Below are positions 34,799 through 48,000 of a stretch of 64,000 bases of DNA, one piece after another. Position 1 is the stretch's first letter. Every line of letters starts with the position of its first letter. The notes beneath the pieces were generated by a model. The model had not been told where the DNA came from. It worked only from the letters and a program-made list of their open reading frames with translations, and did not search any database. The position numbers and the translations under genes are program-made. Origin of the DNA: Eledone cirrhosa (taxonomy: Eukaryota); contig OZ024741.1 in the NCBI GenBank assembly GCA_964016885.1, forward strand, positions 101,184,001 to 101,248,000, written 5' to 3'.

Positions 34799-36884
34799 AG
34801 ACAGCAGACAGAATGGAGAAGACATTGCCTCACAAAGATGGCAATGGAGACGCACTCGAACTCGCGGGGCTCGCTCTTGCGGGTAGTCAACTCCGCTTCG
34901 ATAGCAGTGTGTAGAAAATACTTAACGAACACTTTTAAATGGGAGTAACAGGGAGGCAATCGACCCAGGGCAGCATATCTTTAGGGATGTTACTTAATAT
35001 GCATTGTGTTATGTTTTCCAGGTGTTGGGGAAGAATAATTGAAGCCCTACTTAGGACGGCACCAGGGCCGGACTTTCAACTGCTGAGGCCCTTCATTCCC
35101 TAACAAAATTCGAGTAAAAGATTTTTTTTAAATTAGACATTATTATTTTTATATTAGTGTTAATGATAAAGAATTATATATATATATTGCTTTATCCTTT
35201 ATCATTAACATTAATATGAAAATAATAATGCATAATTAAAAAAAAACACACATATATATAGGAAAAGAGTCAGGACCCCGACGGCTGAGCTCCGGTCGTT
35301 TCAAAGCATCTAAAAGGGCCAGAAAAAACAATGAAAGCTATTTCCCACCAAACGCGAGTGGTGTGTCAATCTGGGAAACTCTGATGGTCTTTTCGCCCCT
35401 TTCACCCCCGCCCTTATCTACAAATCTAGCCGTTTCCGCTGGTTTCGAGGTCATATTCGTTAACACGCAAAAAAAAAAATTTGTTTTCTGGGGAAAAAGT
35501 TGAATGCAAGCAATTATTTCCACCAAACGAGAGTTTTGTAGATTTGCGAAACTCCGATGGTGTTTTCGCCCCATTTCAACCTACTTTTTTCTACAAATCT
35601 CGTCGTTTCCGACTGGTTTAAAGGTCCTACTCGTTGATAAAACGCAATAACGAAAGTCGTAGGAAAACTCCGAGGAAGGGGGTGCACCCACCCCCTCCGT
35701 TCTCCAGGGAAAATGTCGATTGGAGGTTAGATTAGTTGTTATCACAGAAGTAAACAAACAAAAAAAACAGGAACAAATTTTTTCCCACTGAAATCGAGTG
35801 GGGTGTTCTATAGATTTACCAAACATTTTTTATAGTTTATACACAAGTGCTCCAAAATATGTTTATGTGCTCTAAGGTGCGCCGTGGGCTAAAAAAAAGT
35901 TTGATAACTAGTGGCGGATGTGATCTGAGGGAAATTTGGCTGCTATTTCCATGTTGGCTCGAAATGCAATGCTTCTTGCTTTGCAAGTTCATTTTATATT
36001 TATTTATGCGGTAGTTGTGTTGTTATATTTATTTATATTTTCAAAAGAAAAGAAGTAATTTAAAAGGAAATTACTCCCTAAACCATTTACGTAAGGTAAC
36101 AACGAAAATGTTCATGAACTATAGCAAATCATTATGAAAAATTTGCTTTTGATACTTCTGGGGGTCGATAAAATAAAGTAAAAGTCAAGTACTGAGGTCG
36201 ACATAATCGACTTCCCTTTGCCTAAATTGCTGACCTTATGTCTAAATCAGAAACCGTGGCCAATAAAGAAATCATTACCCAAGGGTAAGAGTGAAAATAA
36301 AAGCCTTTAGTTTTAAAAAAAAATAAGCAAAGAAAAACTTAAGTAGCGTCGTTAACATATTTCGTCTGAATCTACTTTTGAATTGATGTTTTGTGATTTG
36401 TTAAAAATAAAAATGTCTATAAAAAATTTATTTATACTAAAATATATTGTACTTACTCTAATGATTAAGCAGCAACTGTGAGTAGAACTCCACTAAAAGA
36501 TAATTTCACTTTTTCTGTGTTGATAAATATAATAATACAGACCAACTCTTATTTAATTGACTCATACTGTCTTCTCTCTCTTCGTCTCACTTAGCTTCTT
36601 TCTCTCTTCACTGTCTGTATATATATATCTCCTTTTCCCTCTCTCAATCTTTCACAGGCACTAATTTCACCAACAGTGTTTCCTTTATAGTCGGCTAGTA
36701 AACACTCCCAGTAGCCGAAAGAGCCCAACCATTGACAGGCCACAAAACACTAATTGACAGTAGCAAATTCATATATCAACCACGTTACATGAATTCGAAT
36801 CTTATTCACTTCACTATATGGCCAAGGGGGTTATCTCCTACTCTTTTTATATGAAATACTTCATATGTAAATATACTTTAATTA

Positions 36885-37180
36885 TTAAAGTGACGTCGGA
36901 ACGAGTAAACTCCACCTCCAACTAACTTGCCCTCCACCACTAGGTCCCGGCCAACAAGATCGAGAATGCTTTGCAGCGGAGGACGGCAAGGGAGACGTGG
37001 CGAAACAGCCACTCCCCCCTCGCGGGGCACGCACCTGCGGGCGGCCAACTCCACCGATAACAGTGAGTAGGGCTGTAATCCGGGGACCAAGAACGCCGGA
37101 AGTCTCCACTGCTACAGGCTCTACCACAAACCTATCCGAGAAGCGGCCGACACTTGAAAAGTTTGCCCTCTTCGGCTTGG
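36885..37180 (-). mobile_element. GC-rich 3' fragment of a CRE-like RLE non-LTR retrotransposon
   Basis: FVVEPVAVETSGVLGP motif; GC island with sharp edges in AT-rich DNA. Confidence 0.55.
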
Positions 37181-39659
37181 CGAGCAGCATAATAATATGC
37201 CACATGTATTTGTATATTTAAATATATCTCCGTCAGTGACTCTTTCGAAACGTACAAACAGTGCATTTCCTATATCAGTCCTGTTGTTACAATAAGTTCG
37301 TTTTCCTATTATACGTTCCTGAGTTCTAATTCTACATTCGCCCCTGTATTAAGTTGCTCATACATTTAGTACTGTATGTTACTTACTGGTATATAAGCTG
37401 GACATTTATGTAATCATATCCTAGAAATATATTATTAAAATATCATTCTTCTGTTGAATCAATTTGAAGAGTCAGTAATCAACATAAATTGTAGGGTTTC
37501 TCTTACGCAAACCACAAATTTATCCACATGCAATGTTCCCAGTTTGTATGATTCTATATATATATATCGCACTTGGTGTTGAATTGAAGGTTGTTAATGT
37601 TTGTTTATTCTTTTCTTTCCTTTTCTTTTTCTTTCGCTTTGACCATATATGTTTATGCATTACATTTGTGCGGTTCCTCGTAATAATTAATTTATTTTAT
37701 ATGTTTATATCTCTTTATATTTTCATTCTGTAAGGGCTATAAACAATTTGTAATGTTATTTATGCAACTGTGAACTTCGGAAAATAAAATCTTGCCTTAT
37801 GTTAGATATTAAAAAGAAGAAAAAAAAAAACAAGTATATATATCCAGTAATCTTGACATATATCAATACGTTCAACGATATTACCACCAATATTGACAGT
37901 ACACGTCCACTGGTATAAATAAAAAGGTTCTGTTTCTTATGATTTGTTTCTTTACATCCTCATCCTAAACAAACTGATCGTCGTAAAAATAAAATAAAAC
38001 AGCAATTACAAAAAAGAGCAATTGTCAGTAGAGTATCTTTCCTGTTTCCTATTTATAAACTGTTGCTTAGATCATAGTCAACAGACTTGCATAACAACAG
38101 TATATAGTCACTTCAGTTCGCTATCGTTATTGGGCTCTGAGAATAAGCACTAACATACAGTCTGATTGAACTCGACCAAAATATAAAATTCGTACCTATT
38201 TTATTAACCACAATCCACCGACGGGATTTCAGCCTAGAACATGAAGTACGCACGCAACTAAATAGCATCATACTGTTATGCCAATCCATCGCTCTCTTCG
38301 CTAACATTAGTATTGTGGATTAGAAGAGTAGTTAGAGCGCCGGGGAATGTTTTGCGGCATTTGTTCTGGTTGTTTATGTTCTGAGTTCAAATCGCGCCGA
38401 GGTTAATTTTGCCTTTCGTCCTTACGGGCTTGATAAAATAAAGCACTAGTAACGCACTGAGGTCGATCTAATTAACTTTCCTCTCCCTACCAAATTGTTG
38501 GCTTTGTGCCTAAATCAGAAACTTATTGGTAAACCCTTATGATGTCATGTGCGACCGATGTCGCACTTGGTGGTGAATACACTAATAACTTTAAAGAAAA
38601 CTATAAAACATGACTGAATACTTCTTTTTATTATTGGTCAACTGGATCGATAAAATAAAATACTAGTCAGATATTGATGATCGATGTATTCGATTCATCC
38701 GTCCCAACTAAAGTTGCCGGCCTAGTGCCTAATTCAGAAAGTATTATTGTTTAGGAGTGCAAAATTATTAGAATACGTTAGAGTGATGGCCAAAATAGCT
38801 TGCGGCGTTTACTAACACATCTTTTTACATACTGGGTTCAAATCCCATGGATGTCGACTTGACTTTTCATCCTTCCTAGATAGATGAAGTATCATGTAAG
38901 TATTGAGGATCTATATAAACGGCTAAACTGCCTCTCCCGTACAAAACATGTGCCCCTGAATTTATATTAGAAATCATTATTCAAACCTGTGAAGTGCCTG
39001 GTGGAATCTCTAGAGCCATGAGTCAATGTTTTAAAAACCACCATTATTGGAAATGACAGAGCGACAGTACCTTACAATACTCAACTCAATCACTACATAT
39101 TCTGCGAACCAAAGAGAGGAGGGGGGTTACATAGTCATTTAATCTACAAGAAATAACAGCCTATTTCTCTGGACTCGCACCATACTGCCTTGCTAACGAA
39201 AATGACTCATTGGATAAAACAATCCTGCATACTCCTAAAAAAAATATGGTACGTTCACAGCTGGAATACCGTTGATGATAGATCTGCTCGGTCAGGATTG
39301 ATCCACGGGGAAAGAACAACAACAATAACTATACATTTTGCATCCAACCCTACTGGAATTGACATTCCCATTCAACCTTTCCGGGATTAATATTTAAATA
39401 CCAGTAATTTACTGTTAACCATTCAATCAATTGTGCAGCTTACCTTAAAAGATATCGCCTTCGGGTTTCGTCAAAATAAACGGTTAATAAAAAGGGATGT
39501 GCATCTGAATAAATACTCTTCGTTCAAATAAGCCTTATGCGTTTCTTCATTGTGGTTGTTGATATAATAAGTACCAGTAATAGAATGCGTCGAACTCAAA
39601 CGTTATATTTACAATATTGCAAAAAATCGACTTCGACAGAAAGAAAATGGTAGTGGACA

Positions 39660-40135
39660 GAGTATAAAGAAGGAGAAAGAAAAAGTTGAAATAGGAAAAA
39701 AAAAATAATTAAAAGGAAAGAGAAGAAGAAAGAGATAACAAATGGTGGAGATAATAGAGAAGAAAGACCGAAGATGAAACAGATGGCATGTGAAATAGAA
39801 GAGAAAGAGAGAGGGGAGGCAGAATAGAGAGAGGGGCTAGAAAAGAAATAGAGGGAGAGATTAGATAGAGAGGGAACAGAAGAGAGAGACAGGGAATGGA
39901 ATAAAGTGACTTGGTTGACTAGAGAGAAGGGTGTAGAATATGTAGTAAAATAGAATAGAGAGAGTGTGGTAGAATATGAAGAATTGGAATAGTGTGAAGA
40001 GACAAGTAAAATATCGATAGAGGAATAGAATAGAAAGAGATAGGATGGGGGCAAAGTATAGATGGAAAAAAGAAAGGAGTGGAGGTAAAAGGAATAAACA
40101 GTGAAACGAAAGAGGAGGAAGAGGGAAGAGAATGT
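39660..40135. repeat. GA-rich low-complexity (polypurine) tract
   Basis: Direct reading. Confidence 0.85.
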
Positions 40136-41693
40136 GTAAGTGTATGTGTATATATATATATATTGTTATACTTGGGGAGGGTCATATTGTAATAATTGTT
40201 TCTACTTTAGGCACAAGGCCAGCAATTACCCAGTGCATTACTGGTACTTTTATTTTATCGACCCCGTAAGGATGAAAGGCAAAGTCAACTGCCAGAAATA
40301 ATAACAGAACACACTCACCGTTTGGTTGGTTTCGCTTATGTATCTTTTATATCTCCATAGTTAATTTATTTGACAATCAATGTTTATCATTGACTGACCA
40401 ACAGTTAAAAATACAGATATATATATATATATATAGTCTAACAAAGTTCTTTCGTTGCACATCTGCAACATCAACAGTGGTACTATTATCATGTTCCCTC
40501 CTATTGCATTGTATTGTAATGTTTACACCATTTTTTATTTTATTTTATTTATTTATTTATTTATTTATATCATCATTTTATGGTCGCTTTTCTATGCTTG
40601 CATGGGTTGGACAGATGTATATGTATGTATATCTATCTATCTTTACATATTGCATCATCATCATCATCATCCTCATGTAATGTCCACTATCCCAGCAAGC
40701 AAGGATTGGATGGATTTTCACAGATGGAGTCAGTACTGAAGTGGCATTACTAGCAGATCAAATGACAGCATAAATGTTTCTTCATTGGCTCTTATAGCAT
40801 TCTGCAATTTCAGTCTACCAAATTTCACTCACAAGGCATTGGGGAACCCAAGACTATCGCAAGGTATTGCAAGCAAGGCACGTACCAAGGGCGCCACTTT
40901 GACTAGGTGTTCTTTCTATTATAGTATAACTTTAACTACATCTTAGAGAAATTTGCATCAGTAAAAGCAAAGAAGATGCAGTGATAATTTTCATATATTG
41001 TTTTCAATTAAAAAATTAACAAACGTGATTGGTATTTTTGAGCTGATTTTATGGTTATCTGAAAGATGAGTGTCAGATGTTTGGGCAGGGGCACACTTTC
41101 ACTGTTTGCCATAGGTACTATTTTCCATAGTTCTGCCTCTGCTGCAACCTAAGATGACTTGGTATGGCACTAAGCATTATTAAGTGTAGTTAACTTCTCA
41201 TGTGGATAAGACAGCCAGATGAGGCGATGAGCTGGATGCAATTAGAATGAAATGGACCTTCATCAGTTTCAACAATGAGTGTTTCAGTTGTTCAATCAAT
41301 GGAACAACCTGCATATGAAATGAATGTGTAATTAGATAAGCATTCCACAGACACGTGTACTTTTAACGTAATTCTCAAGGTGATTCAGTGACACTGTGTA
41401 ACAAAGCTAGTCCTTTAAATTATAGGTACATTCCATTCAATGGGCTTCCAAACAGTATCCATATACTTAATTTCACTCACAAGGCATGGGTTGACTCAAA
41501 GCTATGGTTAATGTCATTTGTTAAAGATGCCATGCTGTGGGATTGAACTTGGGACTTAATGATTATGAAGCAATCTTTTAAACTATTCGACCATACTGCA
41601 TCCACATGCAATTAGAAGTAAGTAAAAACTCACTGATGGACACTTGTGATCATGAGAACTTTTGTAATTAACTTGATTATATCATAACAAAAG

Positions 41694-41910
41694 GGCAGTA
41701 AATTAGCAGTATTAGTAGGGCATTGGACAACATGCTTTGCAGCATAGAGTTACAAGCCTTTACATTCTGAGTTCAAATCCTGCTGAGGTTAGCTTTGCCT
41801 TTCATTCTTATGGGGTTCATAAAATAAAGCCCCAGTAGTGCACTGGGGTCAATATAATCAACTTCCCACTCCCCAAAATTGTTGGCCTTGTGCCTAAATT
41901 AGAAACCATT
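41694..41910 (+). mobile_element. tRNA-derived SINE
   Basis: B box GAGTTCAAATCC; same family as 12716 and 25638. Confidence 0.8.
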
Positions 41911-42014
41911 ATATCATAACATACACAGCAGACTAATAAAGGCAAAACTATTTTTTGTTGTTGATATCAATGTCATAAATGACATTGATATCGATAGTGG
42001 TGTTTGTGTTATCA

Positions 42015-45000
42015 TTAGTAGTGCTCTTGATGTTGGTAATGTTGATGATAGTGCCGTGTTGTTAATGCTGGTGATGGTGTTGTTGTTGCTGGAGGGGGTA
42101 TTGGAGTCATTGTTGTGAATAATGGTGTTGTTGTTGTTGTTGTTGTTGTTGCTGGAGGGGGTATTGGAGTCACTGTTGTCAATAATGGTGTTGTTGTTGT
42201 TGTTGTTGCTGGAGGAGGTATTGGAGTCACTGTTGTCAGTAATGGTGTTGTTGTTGTTGTTGCTGGAGGGGGTATTGGAGTCACTGTTGTCAGTAATGGT
42301 GTTGTTGTTGTTGTTGCTGGAGGGGGTATTGGAGTCACTGTTGTCAATAATGGTGTTGTTGTTGTTGTTGTTGCTGGAGGGGGTATTGGAGTCACTGTTG
42401 TCAGTAATGGTGTTGTTGTTGTTGTTGTTGCTGGAGGGGGTATTGGAGTCACTGTTGTCAATAATGGTGTTGTTGTTGTTGTTGTTGCTGGAGGGGGTAT
42501 TGGAGTCACTGTTGTCAATAATGGTGTTGTTGTTGTTGTTGTTGCTGGAGGGGGTATTGGAGTCACTGTTGTCAGTAATGGTGTTGTTGTTGTTGTTGTT
42601 GCTGGAGGGGGTATTGGAGTCACTGTTGTCAATAATGGTGTTGTTGTTGTTGTTGTTGCTGGAGGGGGTATTGGAGTCACTGTTGTCAATAATGGTGTTG
42701 TTGTTGTTGTTGCTGGAGGGGGTATTGGAGTCACTGTTGTCAATAATGGTGTTGTTGTTGTTGTTGTTGCTGGAGGGGGTATTGGAGTCACTGTTGTCAA
42801 TAATGGTGTTGTTGTTGTTGTTGCTGGAGGGGGTATTGGAGTCACTGTTGTCAGTAATGGTGTTGTTGTTGTTGTTGTTGCTGGAGGGGGTATTGGAGTC
42901 ACTGTTGTCAATAATGGTGTTGTTGTTGTTGTTGCTGGAGGGGGTATTGGAGTCACTGTTGTCAATAATGGTGTTGTTGTTGTTGTTGTTGCTGGAGGGG
43001 GTATTGGAGTCACTGTTGTCAGTAATGGTGTTGTTGTTGTTGTTGTTGCTGGAGGGGGTATTGGAGTCACTGTTGTCAATAATGGTGTTGTTGTTGTTGT
43101 TGCTGGAGGGGGTATTGGAGTCACTGTTGTCAATAATGGTGTTGTTGTTGTTGTTGTTGCTGGAGGGGGTATTGGAGTCACTGTTGTCAGTAATGGTGTT
43201 GTTGTTGTTGTTGTTGCTGGAGGGGGTATTGGAGTCACTGTTGTCAATAATGGTGTTGTTGTTGTTGTTGCTGGAGGGGGTATTGGAGTCACTGTTGTCA
43301 ATAATGGTGTTGTTGTTGTTGTTGTTGCTGGAGGGGGTATTGGAGTCACTGTTGTCAGTAATGGTGTTGTTGTTGTTGTTGTTGCTGGAGGGGGTATTGG
43401 AGTCACTGTTGTCAATAATGGTGTTGTTGTTGTTGTTGCTGGAGGGGGTATTGGAGTCACTGTTGTCAATAATGGTGTTGTTGTTGTTGTTGTTGCTGGA
43501 GGGGGTATTGGAGTCACTGTTGTCAGTAATGGTGTTGTTGTTGTTGTTGTTGCTGGAGGGGGTATTGGAGTCACTGTTGTCAATAATGGTGTTGTTGTTG
43601 TTGTTGCTGGAGGGGGTATTGGAGTCACTGTTGTCAATAATGGTGTTGTTGTTGTTGTTGTTGCTGGAGGGGGTATTGGAGTCACTGTTGTGAATAATGG
43701 TGTTGTTGTTGTTGTTGCTGGAGGGGGTATTGGAGTCACTGTTGTCAATAATGGTGTTGTTGTTGTTGTTGCTGGAGGGGGTATTGGAGTCACTGTTGTG
43801 AATAATGGTGTTGTTGTTGTTGTTGCTGGAGGGGGTATTGGAGTCACTGTTGTGAATAATGGTGTTGTTGTTGTTGTTGGTGCTGGAGGGGGTATTGGAG
43901 TCACTGTTGTCAATAATGGTGTTGTTGTTGTTGTTGCTGGAGGGGGTATTGGAGTCACTGTTGTGAATAATGGTGTTGTTGTTGTTGTTGGTGCTGGAGG
44001 GGGTATTGGAGTCACTGTTGTGAATAATGGTGTTGTTGTTGTTGTTGCTGGAGGGGGTATTGGAGTCACTGTTGTGAATAATGGTGTTGTTGTTGTTGTT
44101 GTTGCTGGAGGAGGTATTGGAGTCACTGTTGTGAATAATGGTGTTGTTGTTGTTGTTGGTGTTGGAGGGGGTATTGGAGTCACTGTTGTCAATAATGGTG
44201 TTGTTGTTGTTGTTGTTGCTGGAGGGGGTATTGGAGTCACTGTTGTCAGTAATGGTGTTGTTGTTGTTGTTGTTGCTGGAGGGGGTATTGGAGTCACTGT
44301 TGTGAATAATGGTGTTGTTGTTGTTGTTGCTGGAGGGGGTATTGGAGTCACTGTTGTCAGTAATGGTGTTGTTGTTGTTGTTGTTGCTGGAGGGGGTATT
44401 GGAGTCACTGTTGTCAATAATGGTGTTGTTGTTGTTGTTGCTGGAGGGGGTATTGGAGTCACTGTTGTGAATAATGGTGTTGTTGTTGTTGTTGGTGCTG
44501 GAGGGGGTATTGGAGTCACTGTTGTGAATAATGGTGTTGTTGTTGTTGTTGCTGGAGGGGGTATTGGAGTCACTGTTGTGAATAATGGTGTTGTTGTTGT
44601 TGTTGTTGCTGGAGGGGGTATTGGAGTCACTGTTGTCAGTAATGGTGTTGTTGTTGTTGTTGCTGGAGGGGGTATTGGAGTCACTGTTGTCAATAATGGT
44701 GTTGTTGTTGTTGTTGTTGCTGGAGGGGGTATTGGAGTCACTGTTGTCAGTAATGGTGTTGTTGTTGTTGTTGTTGCTGGAGGGGGTATTGGAGTCACTG
44801 TTGTCAATAAGGGTGTTGTTGTTGTTGTTGTTGCTGGAGGGGGTATTGGAGTCACTGTTGTCAGTAATGGTGTTGTTGTTGTTGTTGGTGCTGGAGGGGG
44901 TATTGGAGTCACTGTTGTCAATAATGGTGTTGTTGTTGTTGTTGCTGGAGGGGGTATTGGAGTCACTGTTGTCAGTAATGGTGTTGTTGTTGTTGTTGTT

Positions 45001-48000
45001 GTTGCTGGAGGGGGTATTGGAGTCACTGTTGTCAGTAATGGTGTTGTTGTTGTTGTTGTTGCTGGAGGGGGTATTGGAGTCACTGTTGTCAGTAATGGTG
45101 TTGTTGTTGTTGTTGCTGGAGGGGGTATTGGAGTCACTGTTGTCAGTAATGGTGTTGTTGTTGTTGTTGTTGCTGGAGGGGGTATTGGAGTCACTGTTGT
45201 CAGTAATGGTGTTGTTGTTGTTGTTGTTGCTGGAGGGGGTATTGGAGTCACTGTTGTCAGTAATGGTGTTGTTGTTGTTGTTGCTGGAGGGGGTATTGGA
45301 GTCACTGTTGTCAATAATGGTGTTGTTGTTGTTGTTGTTGCTGGAGGGGGTATTGGAGTCACTGTTGTCAATAATGGTGTTGTTGTTGTTGTTGTTGCTG
45401 GAGGGGGTATTGGAGTCACTGTTGTCAGTAATGGTGTTGTTGTTGTTGTTGTTGCTGGAGGGGGTATTGGAGTCACTGTTGTCAGTAATGGTGTTGTTGT
45501 TGTTGTTGTTGCTGGAGGGGGTATTGGAGTCACTGTTGTCAGTAATGGTGTTGTTGTTGTTGTTGTTGCTGGAGGGGGTATTGGAGTCACTGTTGTGAAT
45601 AATGGTGTTGTTGTTGTTGTTGCTGGAGGGGGTATTGGAGTCACTGTTGTCAATAATGGTGTTGTTGTTGTTGTTGTTGCTGGAGGGGGTATTGGAGTCA
45701 CTGTTGTCAGTAATGGTGTTGTTGTTGTTGTTGTTGCTGGAGGGGGTATTGGAGTCACTGTTGTGAATAATGGTGTTGTTGTTGTTGTTGTTGCTGGAGG
45801 GGGTATTGGAGTCACTGTTGTCAGTAATGGTGTTGTTGTTGTTGTTGGTGCTGGAGGGGGTATTGTAGTCACTGTTGTCAGTAATGGTGTTGTTGTTGTT
45901 GTTGCTGGAGGGGGTATTGGAGTCACTGTTGTCAGTAATGGTGTTGTTGTTGTTGTTGCTGGAGGAGGTATTGGAGTCACTGTTGTCAATAATGGTGTTG
46001 TTGTTGTTGTTGCTGGAGGAGGTATTGGAGTCACTGTTGTGAATAATGGTGTTGTTGTTGTTGTTGCTGGAGGGGGTATTGGAGTCACTGTTGTGAATAA
46101 TGGTGTTGTTGTTGTTGTTGCTGGAGGGGGTATTGGAGTCACTGTTGTGAATAATGGTGTTGTTGTTGTTGTTGTTGCTGGAGGAGGTATTGGAGTCACT
46201 GTTGTCAATAATGATGTTGTTGTTGTTGTTGTTGTTGCTGGAGGGGGTATTGGAGTCACTGTTGTCAGTAATGGTGTTGTTGTTGTTGTTGCTGGAGGGG
46301 GTATTGGAGTCACTGTTGTCAATAATGGTGTTGTTGTTGTTGTTGTTGCTGGAGGGGGTATTGGAGTCACTGTTGTCAATAATGGTGTTGTTGTTGTTGT
46401 TGCTGGAGGGGGTATTGGAGTCACTGTTGTGAATAATGGTGTTGTTGTTGTTGTTGTTGCTGGAGGAGGTATTGGAGTCACTGTTGTCAATAATGATGTT
46501 GTTGTTGTTGTTGTTGCTGGAGGGGGTATTGGAGTCACTGTTGTCAGTAATGGTGTTGTTGTTGTTGTTGCTGGAGGGGGTATTGGAGTCACTGTTGTCA
46601 ATAATGGTGTTGTTGTTGTTGTTGTTGCTGGAGGGGGTATTGGAGTCACTGTTGTCAATAATGGTGTTGTTGTTGTTGTTGCTGGAGGGGGTATTGGAGT
46701 CACTGTTGTGAATAATGGTGTTGTTGTTGTTGTTGTTGCTGGAGGAGGTATTGGAGTCACTGTTGTCAATAATGATGTTGTTGTTGTTGTTGTTGCTGGA
46801 GGGGGTATTGGAGTCACTGTTGTCAGTAATGGTGTTGTTGTTGTTGTTGCTGGAGGGGGTATTGGAGTCACTGTTGTGAATAATGGTGTTGTTGTTGTTG
46901 TTGGTGGAGGGGGTATTGGAGTCACTGTTGTCAATAATGGTGTTGTTGTTGTTGTTGTTGCTGGAGGGGGTATTGGAGTCACTGTTGTGAATAATGGTGT
47001 TGTTGTTGTTGTTGCTGGAGGAGGTATTGGAGTCACTGTTGTCAATAATGGTGTTGTTGTTGTTGTTGCTGGAGGGGGTATTGGAGTCACTGTTGTGAAT
47101 AATGGTGTTGTTGTTGTTGTTGTTGCTGGAGGAGGTATTGGAGTCACTGTTGTCAATAATGGTGTTGTTGTTGTTGTTGTTGCTGGAGGGGGTATTGGAG
47201 TCACTGTTGTCAATAATGGTGTTGTTGTTGTTGTTGTTGCTGGAGGAGGTATTGGAGTCACTGTTGTCAATAATGGTGTTGTTGTTGTTGTTGTTGCTGG
47301 AGGAGGTATTGGAGTCACTGTTGTCAGTAATGGTGTTGTTGTTGTTGTTGTTGCTGGAGGGGGTATTGGAGTCACTGTTGTCAATAATGGTGTTGTTGTT
47401 GTTGTTGCTGGAGGAGGTATTGGAGTCACTGTTGTCAATAATGGTGTTGTTGTTGTTGTTGCTGGAGGAGGTATTGGAGTCACTGTTGTCAATAATGGTG
47501 TTGTTGTTGTTGTTGCTGGAGGAGGTATTGGAGTCACTGTTGTCAATAATGGTGTTGTTGTTGTTGTTGCTGGAGGGGGTATTGGAGTCACTGTTGTCAA
47601 TAATGGTGTTGTTGTTGTTGTTGTTGTTGCTGGAGGGGGTATTGGAGTCACTGTTGTGAATAATGGTGTTGTTGTTGTTGTTGTTGTTGCTGGAGGGGGT
47701 ATTGGAGTCACTGTTGTCAGTAATGGTGTTGTTGTTGTTGTTGCTGGAGGGGGTATTGGAGTCACTGTTGTGAATAATGGTGTTGTTGTTGTTGTTGTTG
47801 CTGGAGGGGGTATTGGAGTCACTGTTGTGAATAATGGTGGTATTGTTGTTGTTGTTGTTGCTGGAGGGGGTATTGGAGTCACTGTTGTCAGTAATGGTGT
47901 TGTTGTTGTTGCTGGAGGGGGTATTGGAGTCACTGTTGTCAATAATGGTGTTGTTGTTGTTGTTGTTGCTGGAGGGGGTATTGGAGTCACTGTTGTCAGT

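Noticed and set aside
39596-40185. Hydrophobic Ser/Phe/Leu-rich ORFs resembling membrane proteins
   Set aside because: Translation of a GA-rich low-complexity tract
12716-41910. tRNA genes at A/B-box motifs
   Set aside because: No cloverleaf; they are heads of a multi-copy SINE with TSDs
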